A DNA stretch of 64,000 nt from an uncultured bacterium (GTDB lineage Bacteria; Patescibacteriota; Minisyncoccia; UBA6257; 2-01-FULL-56-20). The notes under the pieces are model-generated. The model saw nothing but the letters and a program-made list of their open reading frames with translations, ran no database searches and had not been told where the DNA came from. Position 1 is the first letter of the stretch. Each line of letters starts with the position of its first letter. A program made the position numbers and the translations under genes. Location of the stretch: contig CAVYIK010000003.1 in NCBI GenBank assembly GCA_963768625.1, positions 454,715 to 518,714 of the forward strand, given 5' to 3'. Shown one piece after another: positions 18,999 to 26,407 of this stretch.

Positions 18999-19343
18999 CT
19001 ATTTCACGAACGCCACTATCTTCTTGAACACTTCCGGTTCGTGCTCGGCGAGGTCCGCGAGTATCTTCCGGTCAAGCTGCACATTCTTCTTTTTGAGCGC
19101 GGCGATGAAGCTGCTGTAGTTCATCCCTTCGGCGCGGATGGTGGCGTTGATCTTCACGTTCCAGAGGCGGCGGAACATGCGCTTCTTTTCTTTGCGGCCC
19201 TGGAAGGCGTGCGTCCATGCGTGCAGGAGCGCTTCCTTCGCGGCGCGTTCCTTTGATTTGCGGCCCCAACGGAAGCCCTTTGTATATTTAAGGACCTTCG
19301 CGCGCCGCTTATTGGCCATGGTGCCCCGTTTTACTCTCGGCAT
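18999..19343 (-). CDS. rplT: 50S ribosomal protein L20
   Basis: MPRVKRGTMANKRRAKVLKYTKGFRWGR...NRKILADLA is the typical L20 sequence. Confidence 0.9.
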   Translation of the reverse strand: MPRVKRGTMANKRRAKVLKYTKGFRWGRKSKERAAKEALLHAWTHAFQGRKEKKRMFRRLWNVKINATIRAEGMNYSSFIAALKKKNVQLDRKILADLAEHEPEVFKKIVAFVK

Positions 19344-19355
19344 GTCAAGCGATGA

Positions 19356-19523
19356 TTAATAGTTTTTTAATGTTTTCAGGGAAAAATCGAGCGAACGGCT
19401 TTTGCGCTTGTTCCGGATGGACTTCGCGTTCGTGCGCGTGCGAAAATGGCCCACCGCCATCGGGCGGCGCACCATTTTATTGTTTCTCGTAATCCTTATC
19501 CGCGAGGTGCGTGACTTCGTCAT
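19356..19523 (-). CDS. rpmI: 50S ribosomal protein L35
   Basis: 55-aa ORF below the ORF-track cutoff, translated by hand: MTKSRTSRIRITRNNKMVRRPMAVGHFRTRTNAKSIRNKRKSRSLDFSLKTLKNY. Sits between infC and rplT as in the conserved operon. Confidence 0.7.
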   Translation of the reverse strand: MTKSRTSRIRITRNNKMVRRPMAVGHFRTRTNAKSIRNKRKSRSLDFSLKTLKNY

Positions 19524-19559
19524 GGTTCGTGTGCAACAGAGGACAGTGTAGCACGGCCT

Positions 19560-20090
19560 CTATTTCTTTGCAATCTGGATGCTCAAACCGTAGCCGCCGA
19601 AACGTGGTTCGGAAAGGCGCTTGTACTCCACGGTGGGCGGGATCATTTTCATGAATTCCTCAAGCTTCAGCCGCGCCCAATCCTTATTGTATTTCTCGCG
19701 GCCGCGCAGGCGCAGGTTGATGTCCACCTGGTGCCCCTCTGCGAGGAACTTCTCGAGCTGCCGCATTTTTATCATAAGGTCGTTTTGCGCGGCGCGGGCG
19801 CTGATCTGCACTTGTTTCAGGCCGCCGCTTTTCTGCGCGAGCCGCTCTTTTTTCTCGCGTTTTGCCTCTTCGTAGCGGAACTTGTCATAGCTCATAAGCC
19901 GCGCCACGGGCGGTTTCGCGGTCGGCGATATCTCAATGAGGTCCATCCCTTCCTCCGGGCGCGCGAGCGCGAGCGCTTTCTCGCGGGAAAGGACGCCAAG
20001 ATTCTCCCCCCTTTCATTGATGACGCGGAGTTCCGGCGCAGTGATTTTATTGTTGATCTTCGGGATGAGTATGGCAGTAGGTTGAGGCAA
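19560..20090 (-). CDS. infC: Translation initiation factor IF-3
   Basis: ELRVINERGENLGVLSREKALALA...DLIEISPTAKPPVARLMSYDKFRYE plus the C-domain. Non-ATG start (TTG in the ORF track), and the real start codon is uncertain, as is usual for infC. Confidence 0.9.
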   Translation of the reverse strand: MPQPTAILIPKINNKITAPELRVINERGENLGVLSREKALALARPEEGMDLIEISPTAKPPVARLMSYDKFRYEEAKREKKERLAQKSGGLKQVQISARAAQNDLMIKMRQLEKFLAEGHQVDINLRLRGREKYNKDWARLKLEEFMKMIPPTVEYKRLSEPRFGGYGLSIQIAKK

Positions 20091-20160
20091 GACCGCCTTG
20101 AATACTTATTACTCCTTCATTGTAGCGGAAAATCGGCGCCCGTCAAAGTTCTTTTAATCT

Positions 20161-20169
20161 TGCTATAAT
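20161..20169 (+). promoter_or_regulatory. Extended -10 promoter (TGCTATAAT) about 10 nt upstream of ATG 20180
   Basis: cttGCTATAATgattgaaaccATG. The first ATG (20168) lies inside the box. Confidence 0.4.
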
Positions 20170-20179
20170 GATTGAAACC

Positions 20180-20758
20180 ATGGAAGAAGCCCCCGTAACC
20201 CATCCCGGCGTCCCCGCCGACACCTATCATACGCTCGGGCCGAAGACCCTTTGGATATTTATTCTGGAGCGCGTCCAGACCTCCGCAGTACTTCTGATTG
20301 TTTCAATCGTACTTTTCGCGGTCAAAGACCAATCGTTCCTTAAAAAGATCCCCGTTGTAGGCGACGTAACCGGCTATATGAATATAATCAGCTGGAGCGT
20401 ATTCGGTCTTTTCGTCATCGCTTTTTTGATTACGTTCCTCGTTGCATGGCTCATCTATGTGAACTACAAATTCTGCCTTGGTGAAGATGCGCTGAGGATC
20501 AAGCGCGGGATTTTTAATAAGGAGGAGATCGCGATGCCTTATCGGCAGATCCAGGATGTGGATATTGAACGCGACCTTGAGTTTCAGATGCTCGGATTGA
20601 GCAAGCTCGTTATTCTCACCGCCGGCGAACAGATGGAAAAATCGGAAGAAAGCGAATCGGAGGGGGTTTTGCCGGCGGTCGACAAGGACCTCGCCGAGTG
20701 GCTCCAGGCGGAACTTTTGAAGCGCACGAACGTGCAGAAGGTGGTGGAGGAGAAATAG
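20180..20758 (+). CDS. Membrane protein with bacterial PH domain (bPH_2, YdbS/YdbT-like)
   Basis: Two TM helices followed by YKFCLGEDALRIKRGIFNKEEIAMPYRQIQDVDIERDLEFQMLGLSKLVILTAG, which is the bPH_2 pattern. Confidence 0.65.
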   Translation: MEEAPVTHPGVPADTYHTLGPKTLWIFILERVQTSAVLLIVSIVLFAVKDQSFLKKIPVVGDVTGYMNIISWSVFGLFVIAFLITFLVAWLIYVNYKFCLGEDALRIKRGIFNKEEIAMPYRQIQDVDIERDLEFQMLGLSKLVILTAGEQMEKSEESESEGVLPAVDKDLAEWLQAELLKRTNVQKVVEEK

Positions 20759-20761
20759 GCG

Positions 20762-20770
20762 TGGTATAGT
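20762..20770 (+). promoter_or_regulatory. Extended -10 promoter (TGGTATAGT) for ssrA
   Basis: gTGGTATAGTgggggcctgacGGGGACG. Lies 11 nt upstream of the mature tmRNA 5' end. Confidence 0.45.
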
Positions 20771-20781
20771 GGGGGCCTGAC

Positions 20782-21087
20782 GGGGACGCACTGGTATTGA
20801 TGGGGATGCGGGATGGGTTTGCGGGCCGATGGCAACGCCGTAAGCGTTGCATCAACTAACTGCCAATCAAAAGGCGGCTCCAGCGTTCGCTTACGCGTAA
20901 CGTTGGGATCGGCGGATCCGGGTTCCTTGGGTCCATGTCCGGTCTTATATAAGGGGACTAGCGCGGGGTGGACGATTCTAAACCGCGCGCGAAAAACAGA
21001 ATCACGTTGCTAGTGTTCCACTAGACACGCCCGTAGACGGCCCATTCTCAGTATCTTCAGACGAGGGTTCGATTCCCTCCGTCTCCA
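20782..21087 (+). ncRNA. ssrA: tmRNA (SsrA)
   Basis: 5' GGGGACGCACUGGUAUUGAUGGGG. Acceptor GGGGACG pairs with CGTCTCC (21080-21086) including the G3:U pair. T-arm GAGGGTTCGATTCCCTC, discriminator A. Tag reading frame 20862-20900 encodes ANQKAAPAFAYA*. Confidence 0.85.
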
Positions 21088-22600
21088 CACCCCGTGAGTT
21101 AGAGATAGCAAAATGCTCAAAAACCCTTAAAGGAAGGGCTAACGGAGCGGTTCTAAATCCAATTCCTCGGTCATAGGAAAGCACACCCTCAAAAACGAGG
21201 TTCATTACAAGGTTCTTATCGCTCAAGTTGCCGTATTTCCACTGGCTATATGGGTTTTCTAGATAATTAAACACCATTCGCAAGGCGGTTCTAAACTCAA
21301 TTTTAGACTTCTTCGCCGGATCGTTATTTTCTTTCAGCTTTTCTTCCCGTGTTGCAAATTCTTCAATCTGCTTTTCATACTCAAGTCGGACACGATCATT
21401 ACTTGCCCGCTTCGCCAATTTAACGAGGTTTTTAATTTCATCCTCAATCCGCACAATTTCTCCCAATTCCTTCTTTTCGCTTGCGGCACGGTTTGCGATG
21501 CGCTTTCCCCATTGTTCATAAAGCATCGCTTCGCTGATCTTCAAGACGAGTGGCTTCGGCTTTATCTCTCGCAAGATGGTCTCAAATTGCCCTTCGATAA
21601 CACCAATCGGAATACTTTTTGTGTGTTCAGGGCAAGCAGTATTGTTGCAACGATAATATCCCCGCTTGTAGCCCTTCGTTTTTGTTGTATAGGAAGCCGT
21701 ATATTGACGACCGCAATTTCCGCACGCTACGAGTGTATGCCGCAGCGGAAAATCCTCTCGTATGTCCTTTCGTGTCCGCACCGGCCTACGTCCATCGAGC
21801 TTCGCGCAAATCTTTTGGAAGGTCGCCAAATCTATAAGCGGTTCGTGATGTCCTTGTCTCCGCGACACTTCCCAAGGCGTATATTCGATGAAGCCCGCGT
21901 ATATTGGGAGGCGGCTAAAAAGACGGCTCACCAACTGGAAATGGATTTTGTCTTTGCCGCAAAACTTTTCCGATTCGAGATAATGTAACACGTCGCCCTG
22001 CGTTTCAAACCGATCTACTGCAAACCCTTCGAGCGCAGTTTTAATTATCGCCGCTTCCGGTTCGTAAGGCGTTAAGAGCTTTCCATGTCCGGCTGTTTTG
22101 ACGTGTCGAAAGCCAGGTGGCGGACAAAACGGCCAGTAGCCAAGCTCCGTTCGAGCTTTTTGTTTCTGTATAACCTGCCGACGATTTAGTGCGCGATGGA
22201 GTTCAGCGTTGCCAGCCATAATAACCTCAACGTATTTCCCTTCTGGGCTATCATCAAAATCAAAATTTAAGCACTCTAGCTCCGTTTTACGATAATGAAA
22301 TGCCGCTCGCAATTTAATATGCATCTCAACATCTCGCGCCAAGCGTGAGATGTCGTCAAAAATGACGATATAGTTTTTATGAGGATGCTTGTCTATATGT
22401 TTAAGCAATTCCGTCATAGCGGGGCGACGCATAAAATCACCACCACCAGTAAAACTATCTCTAAAAACCTTCTCGATTTCATAGTTTTTCTGTTCGCAAC
22501 GAAGGCGGCATCGTTGCTCTTGGCTATCGAGGCCATGCCCTTCGGTTTTCTGCCGCTCGGATGAAACGCGGCAATATATTAATGCCTTTAGTTGGCTCAT
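21002..22600 (-). CDS. Large serine recombinase (integrase)
   Basis: Intact 532-aa ORF. Resolvase catalytic domain ALIYCRVSSERQ...DDISRLARD, a recombinase domain, zinc ribbon CGNCGRQY...YYRCNNTACPEH, and a coiled-coil. The last ~29 codons are antisense to the tmRNA 3' end. Confidence 0.85.
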   Translation of the reverse strand: MSQLKALIYCRVSSERQKTEGHGLDSQEQRCRLRCEQKNYEIEKVFRDSFTGGGDFMRRPAMTELLKHIDKHPHKNYIVIFDDISRLARDVEMHIKLRAAFHYRKTELECLNFDFDDSPEGKYVEVIMAGNAELHRALNRRQVIQKQKARTELGYWPFCPPPGFRHVKTAGHGKLLTPYEPEAAIIKTALEGFAVDRFETQGDVLHYLESEKFCGKDKIHFQLVSRLFSRLPIYAGFIEYTPWEVSRRQGHHEPLIDLATFQKICAKLDGRRPVRTRKDIREDFPLRHTLVACGNCGRQYTASYTTKTKGYKRGYYRCNNTACPEHTKSIPIGVIEGQFETILREIKPKPLVLKISEAMLYEQWGKRIANRAASEKKELGEIVRIEDEIKNLVKLAKRASNDRVRLEYEKQIEEFATREEKLKENNDPAKKSKIEFRTALRMVFNYLENPYSQWKYGNLSDKNLVMNLVFEGVLSYDRGIGFRTAPLALPLRVFEHFAISNSRGVETEGIEPSSEDTENGPSTGVSSGTLAT

Positions 22601-22758
22601 AGCTTTTTATGATTGGTTTTTTTATTCATTCGCCGTGCTTTGAGCGCATTCGCCGCCCAGTCGCCCATCTTCCCGCTCTTGCGTCGTGCCTCAACAGAAG
22701 CCAGCCCGCCACGCTTACCCATTTCCCGCATAACTTTGCTGATCGTCTTTTTGTCCAT
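22597..22758 (-). CDS. Small basic protein (53 aa) translationally coupled to the recombinase; possible directionality/DNA-binding factor
   Basis: Hand translation: MDKKTISKVMREMGKRGGLASVEARRKSGKMGDWAANALKARRMNKKTNHKKL. Its stop overlaps the recombinase ATG (ATGA). No clear RBS. Confidence 0.35.
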   Translation of the reverse strand: MDKKTISKVMREMGKRGGLASVEARRKSGKMGDWAANALKARRMNKKTNHKKL

Positions 22759-22987
22759 AGTTATTAATACAATCTAACCGCTTAATACCATTGTACCAAA
22801 CGCAATCATTCGCGCAAGTCGCCGGAATAGGATAGGTTTCCTGCCTCGTCAAAATACCTGTTAAGGACTTTCTCTAGGATGGGATGAAGCGCGTCGCGCA
22901 ATTCAAGAAGCTCCTGATCGGAGAGTTGATTTTCTGCATCTATTGTTCTTAGTTGTTCTGGCGATAACACTATTCACGGCCCGTGAA

Positions 22988-23025
22988 TTAAAAAGGACAC
23001 GAACGCTGAACGCGCCCGTGTCCTT
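22988..23025 (-). terminator. Terminator-like hairpin (minus strand) upstream of the recombinase module
   Basis: 9-bp stem aaggacacg/cgtgtcctt, followed on the minus strand by TTTTTAATT. Confidence 0.4.
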
Positions 23026-23027
23026 AA

Positions 23028-23057
23028 TTGTCAATTTCTACTTGTTGCCCCTATATT
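23028..23057 (+). promoter_or_regulatory. Candidate sigma70-type promoter (TTGTCA-18-TATATT) for the long leader of gene 23316
   Basis: aaTTGTCAatttctacttgttgccccTATATTatac. Confidence 0.35.
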
Positions 23058-23188
23058 ATACACCAACTATGTTTAGAAAGCCAGCGCTTAGAGGGATTCC
23101 TTGTTAAACGCCTCATTCGGCTCTATCATCAGGTTATAACTTAATAAAAGTCGCCTAAACCTTGCAGTAATGTGGGGCATGGCGCAAA

Positions 23189-23285
23189 AACGTTTCAGCG
23201 TATAAAGCTCCTAGTCAGAGCACGCTGAAACGTCATAGTCCGAAAGGATTATGGGTTCGCAAGAACCGCTGGCTGGGAGCTTTAT
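23189..23285 (+). promoter_or_regulatory. Structured RNA leader: 16-bp helix enclosing two GNRA-capped hairpins, plus a competing 11-bp helix (candidate riboswitch or cis-regulator)
   Basis: Helix B is 23203-23218 with 23269-23284 (16 bp, 2 G-U). Hairpin 23234-23253 has an 8-bp stem and GAAA loop. Hairpin 23254-23267 has a 5-bp stem and GCAA loop. Helix A is 23190-23200 with 23223-23233 (11 bp). The G-U pairs and GNRA loops are valid only on the plus strand. Confidence 0.5.
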
Positions 23286-23315
23286 GTTTCCGGCTCAATA
23301 AAATCCAATAAAGAC

Positions 23316-24269
23316 GTGATTAAGAAAATACTTATAATCTCATGTATTCTTGGGTTTGCAGGCTATCATATCGCTGGGGCTACATCAGGCGCGTGCTCGT
23401 CTCATGGAGGCGTAAATTGTTCGGCAATAGGTGTATATGCAACTTGCAACGATTGGACTCAAAGCAGTGTATTTTACACGGACGTGGTCGAATGCAAAAA
23501 TTCTGTTAGTTGTTATTATCCAATAGCGGCAGGATGCGTAAGCCAAGACCAATATAATCTCCTACTGAACCAAGAAGCTCAGGCGACCAATGTGAGCAAT
23601 TGGCGAGGATTTGGATATAGTGCGGATGAGATAAACCAAAAAGTAGCAGAAATATCTCAGGAGTACGATCAGAAACTTTCTCAATGCCAAACTCAAATAC
23701 AGGGATATGAACTTCAAAAAACTGCTTATCAGGAATGTCTTAATAATCAACTCAAACAGTCAGCGCAACTATTTAATCCAACGCCACTCGTCGCTCCACA
23801 AGCAACCAGCCAAAACAGTTCGAGTATAGAAGCGTACGTAAATGCGGAGATGCAAAAAGAATGCGTTGGGCGAGATCCAAATAGCTTCTATGACACACAG
23901 CGCCCAATAAAAGGGTGCAGTTGCAATGCTGGGTATATTATGAATCACAGCAATCAATGCATTCTAGTAACTCCGACCTCCACAACGACCATCTCCGCGC
24001 CGCTTCCTGCCACGACTCCCTCTACGCCTCCTGCTATACAAGGTTTTACTATTACTGCCAGTCTTTCTTTGGGAAGTTCAGGGTCAAACGTGGTTAGTCT
24101 ACAAAAGCTTTTAGAAGGGCACGGGTTCCTAGTCATGCCATCAGGGGTGTTCGAGGGATATTTTGGCGGCCTTACAAAACAAGCGCTCGTCGCCTTCCAA
24201 GCCTCTATAGGACTACCGGCAACGGGGAATTGCGGCCCAATGACCAGATCGGCGATAAACGGCCAATAA
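23316..24269 (+). CDS. Secreted Cys-rich protein with C-terminal peptidoglycan-binding domain (PG_binding_1-like)
   Basis: Signal-like N-terminus MIKKILIISCILGFAGYHIAGA. Many Cys residues and a Thr/Pro linker. C-terminal SSGSNVVSLQKLLEGHGFL...GYFGGLTKQALVAFQASIGLPATG is the PGBD pattern. GTG start. Confidence 0.6.
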   Translation: MIKKILIISCILGFAGYHIAGATSGACSSHGGVNCSAIGVYATCNDWTQSSVFYTDVVECKNSVSCYYPIAAGCVSQDQYNLLLNQEAQATNVSNWRGFGYSADEINQKVAEISQEYDQKLSQCQTQIQGYELQKTAYQECLNNQLKQSAQLFNPTPLVAPQATSQNSSSIEAYVNAEMQKECVGRDPNSFYDTQRPIKGCSCNAGYIMNHSNQCILVTPTSTTTISAPLPATTPSTPPAIQGFTITASLSLGSSGSNVVSLQKLLEGHGFLVMPSGVFEGYFGGLTKQALVAFQASIGLPATGNCGPMTRSAINGQ

Positions 24270-24275
24270 GTTTTC

Positions 24276-24938
24276 ATGGAAAACAAAACCCTTTCCCATC
24301 TGAACTCAAAAGTGTGGTACAGACTTTTGAAGGTAATTTTTATTGTTGCGTTCTTTATTGTTTTGGCGGCCTATAATTTCATCATTTTTTCTAGCGGGAT
24401 TAGGCAGCTCGACCAAAATAGAACAACCATTAAATGCAATGTTTTCGGTAACGCATCGTTTAGCCCCGCGAGCATCAACATTTCCATTGATCCATCTTAC
24501 TTCAGCAATGGACAGTTCAACTATATAGGTTTCTTTCACGGCTATAACGACTATGAAACGATGGCGATATTGAAGCGCTGCGGGAATTTTACTCCGGTGG
24601 TCGCCAATGCCGACAGCTACGACGAACAGGAATTACAAGATATTATCTACGACAATGGGTTCACCGGTATCACTAATTGGACGCCCCAACAGGTTGATAC
24701 CATCAACACCGCATTTGAAATTTACCAACAACGAACGAAGGACTCTTTTGAAGGCGACAATCAAAAAGCCCAATACTTAGATTTCAGTTCCACAATGTTT
24801 GAGGTTCAGCCGGTATTCGCCTACAACCAATTTCGAGAACTTTTCGTTATCGGCAATCTGCTAATCCTACTCGTCTTTGAAGCGATGAGAAGGATATTCT
24901 ATTACGTAATTTTAGGGAGTTTAGGGCCTGCGAAATAG
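24276..24938 (+). CDS. Hypothetical membrane protein (N- and C-terminal TM helices)
   Basis: Intact 220-aa AT-rich ORF. TM helices VIFIVAFFIVLAAYNFIIF and LFVIGNLLILLVF. No family recognised. Confidence 0.45.
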   Translation: MENKTLSHLNSKVWYRLLKVIFIVAFFIVLAAYNFIIFSSGIRQLDQNRTTIKCNVFGNASFSPASINISIDPSYFSNGQFNYIGFFHGYNDYETMAILKRCGNFTPVVANADSYDEQELQDIIYDNGFTGITNWTPQQVDTINTAFEIYQQRTKDSFEGDNQKAQYLDFSSTMFEVQPVFAYNQFRELFVIGNLLILLVFEAMRRIFYYVILGSLGPAK

Positions 24939-24942
24939 CCGA

Positions 24943-25410
24943 TCACGAATACTCCGGCCGGACAAGATGCTTGCGCATGTTTCTTACATAATCTTCGCCC
25001 TCTAAATCTTGGAGCATTCGCAATACCCGTTGTATTTTTTCTTGATCTTCAGGGCAGTTACCAAACATAATCGGGATTGGTAGTTTATTATTGGCATTCT
25101 GTTCTTGTCTCGCCCTATCGGTCAATCCAAGCAGCTTAAAGGCGAGGAGAAGCTCACTTACTCGATCCTGTGGCTTGTCTTTAATGTCCTCAACGAGTGA
25201 TTTTACGACCAAATCAGCATCCAGCCCGTTGGCCGTCAGAGATTCGCTGATAGTCCTTTGAATGTTAGGTTTTGTTAGGTTTTCGCTCCCTATAGCCCGC
25301 GCCGTAGCCCTTTTCGCTGGCTTGTAGACGCGATTAGCCGCTTCAGTAGCATTTCCCCTTTCAATGTACTCCTGAATGAACTGGCTTTGCTTTGAGGTTA
25401 ATTTCCGCAT
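24943..25410 (-). CDS. Terminase small subunit-like HTH protein (Terminase_2-type), copy 1
   Basis: LTSKQSQFIQEYIERGNATEAANRVYKPAKRATARAIGSENLTKPNIQ matches the TerS N-terminal HTH signature. Confidence 0.65.
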   Translation of the reverse strand: MRKLTSKQSQFIQEYIERGNATEAANRVYKPAKRATARAIGSENLTKPNIQRTISESLTANGLDADLVVKSLVEDIKDKPQDRVSELLLAFKLLGLTDRARQEQNANNKLPIPIMFGNCPEDQEKIQRVLRMLQDLEGEDYVRNMRKHLVRPEYS

Positions 25411-25426
25411 AACGCTTCCATTTCGT

Positions 25427-25870
25427 TTAATCGCTTTTTTGAATTTCCTCTGCGCGGGTGGCGATCATCATATCTCCTATAACCGTTCCATGTTTAACGC
25501 CATTTTGCTCAGCGATTTCCGGCGCAACGACAATAATTTTTGTTACCTGAGGCTTATCTTGAAGTTGGGGTTTCGATTTATCGACGAAATAGCCAGCCCG
25601 ATCAAGAATATCCCGACTGGCGTTTAGTCGGACAGCCTCATTCTTTGCCCTCTGAGAGAGCCGATATACCTCAGCCATCGCATCAGCCGCACTTGCCTCT
25701 AAATACGCCTTAATCGTAGGTTTCCGTAGGTTCTCTGCCCCTATGGCGTGCGCTGTATTGCGGTTCTTGGCCTTATAGGCGCGATCTGTCGCTTCGGTAG
25801 CATTTCCCGTTTCTAAATATGACGCAACGAATTTAGTTTGTTTTTTCGTTAATTCTGCCCTCATATTCAA
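25427..25870 (-). CDS. Terminase small subunit-like HTH protein (Terminase_2-type), copy 2
   Basis: LTKKQTKFVASYLETGNATEATDRAYKAKNRNTAHAIGAENLRKPTIK. Tandem paralogue of 24943-25410. Confidence 0.65.
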   Translation of the reverse strand: MNMRAELTKKQTKFVASYLETGNATEATDRAYKAKNRNTAHAIGAENLRKPTIKAYLEASAADAMAEVYRLSQRAKNEAVRLNASRDILDRAGYFVDKSKPQLQDKPQVTKIIVVAPEIAEQNGVKHGTVIGDMMIATRAEEIQKSD

Positions 25871-26086
25871 ATCCTCTCATGTGTACCAGGACGCCCCATT
25901 TTATTGGCTTATTTCAGCCATTTTTCGGCTCTGTAGGATTTCTCCCCATCGGAAAATATAGGATTCAAGAGAGTTCCAACTTTTCTGAACCATGTCCACA
26001 TCGCGGGAATTGAACTCGAACTCGGGAGTAGGCGGCTTTACAGATTTTCACCTTCCTGTTATATAAGTTCCTAGGAGGGGCCAGAC

Positions 26087-26317
26087 ATGATCGTGAGGTT
26101 AGATGTTTCGAGCGATGAGGAAGAAGAGATTCTGCGCCTTGCTACTGAAGATGAGATCTCGGTTGACGAGCTTTTTAGGAGACTTGCGGCGGCAGAGGAT
26201 GCCCGTCGGCATATCGATAGACCGCCTTTCTCGGGGGAAGTGCGGGCGAGATGTTCAAGAGAGCTCTGTTCCGAGACGCAGCAAAGGCAGAACGCGGTTG
26301 GAGCGGAAGAGTCGTAA
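26087..26317 (+). CDS. Ribbon-helix-helix (CopG-like) small protein
   Basis: Strong RBS ctAGGAGGGGccagacATG. MIVRLDVSSDEEEEILRLATEDEISVDELFRRL fits the strand-helix-helix pattern. Confidence 0.45.
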   Translation: MIVRLDVSSDEEEEILRLATEDEISVDELFRRLAAAEDARRHIDRPPFSGEVRARCSRELCSETQQRQNAVGAEES

Positions 26318-26337
26318 AGGGTTTGTATTCGCTTGAC

Positions 26338-26374
26338 GGCCGGGTCCGCGTCTCTGGGTCCGGCCCTTTTTATT
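26338..26374 (+). terminator. Rho-independent terminator after the RHH gene
   Basis: GC-rich stem ggccgggtcc...gggtccggcc followed by TTTTTATTT. Confidence 0.6.
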
Positions 26375-26407
26375 TCCGATAACGCACCATGGACTCTACT
26401 TGCAGCT

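Noticed and set aside
22806-22970. A 54-aa GTG-initiated minus-strand ORF (VLSPEQLRTIDAENQLSDQELLELRDALHPILEKVLNRYFDEAGNLSYSGDLRE) between the recombinase module and the structured leader.
   Set aside because: It looks plausibly protein-like and helical. However, it has no RBS, a non-ATG start and no recognisable family, and it is below the ORF-track cutoff. The evidence is insufficient to call it a gene.
23189-23285. A hammerhead or other known self-cleaving ribozyme, or a c-di-GMP-I (GEMM-I) riboswitch, as the identity of the island's structured RNA.
   Set aside because: There is no CUGANGA...GAAA hammerhead core around a three-way junction, and no recognisable GEMM-I conserved nucleotides. 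The identity is left open rather than forced.
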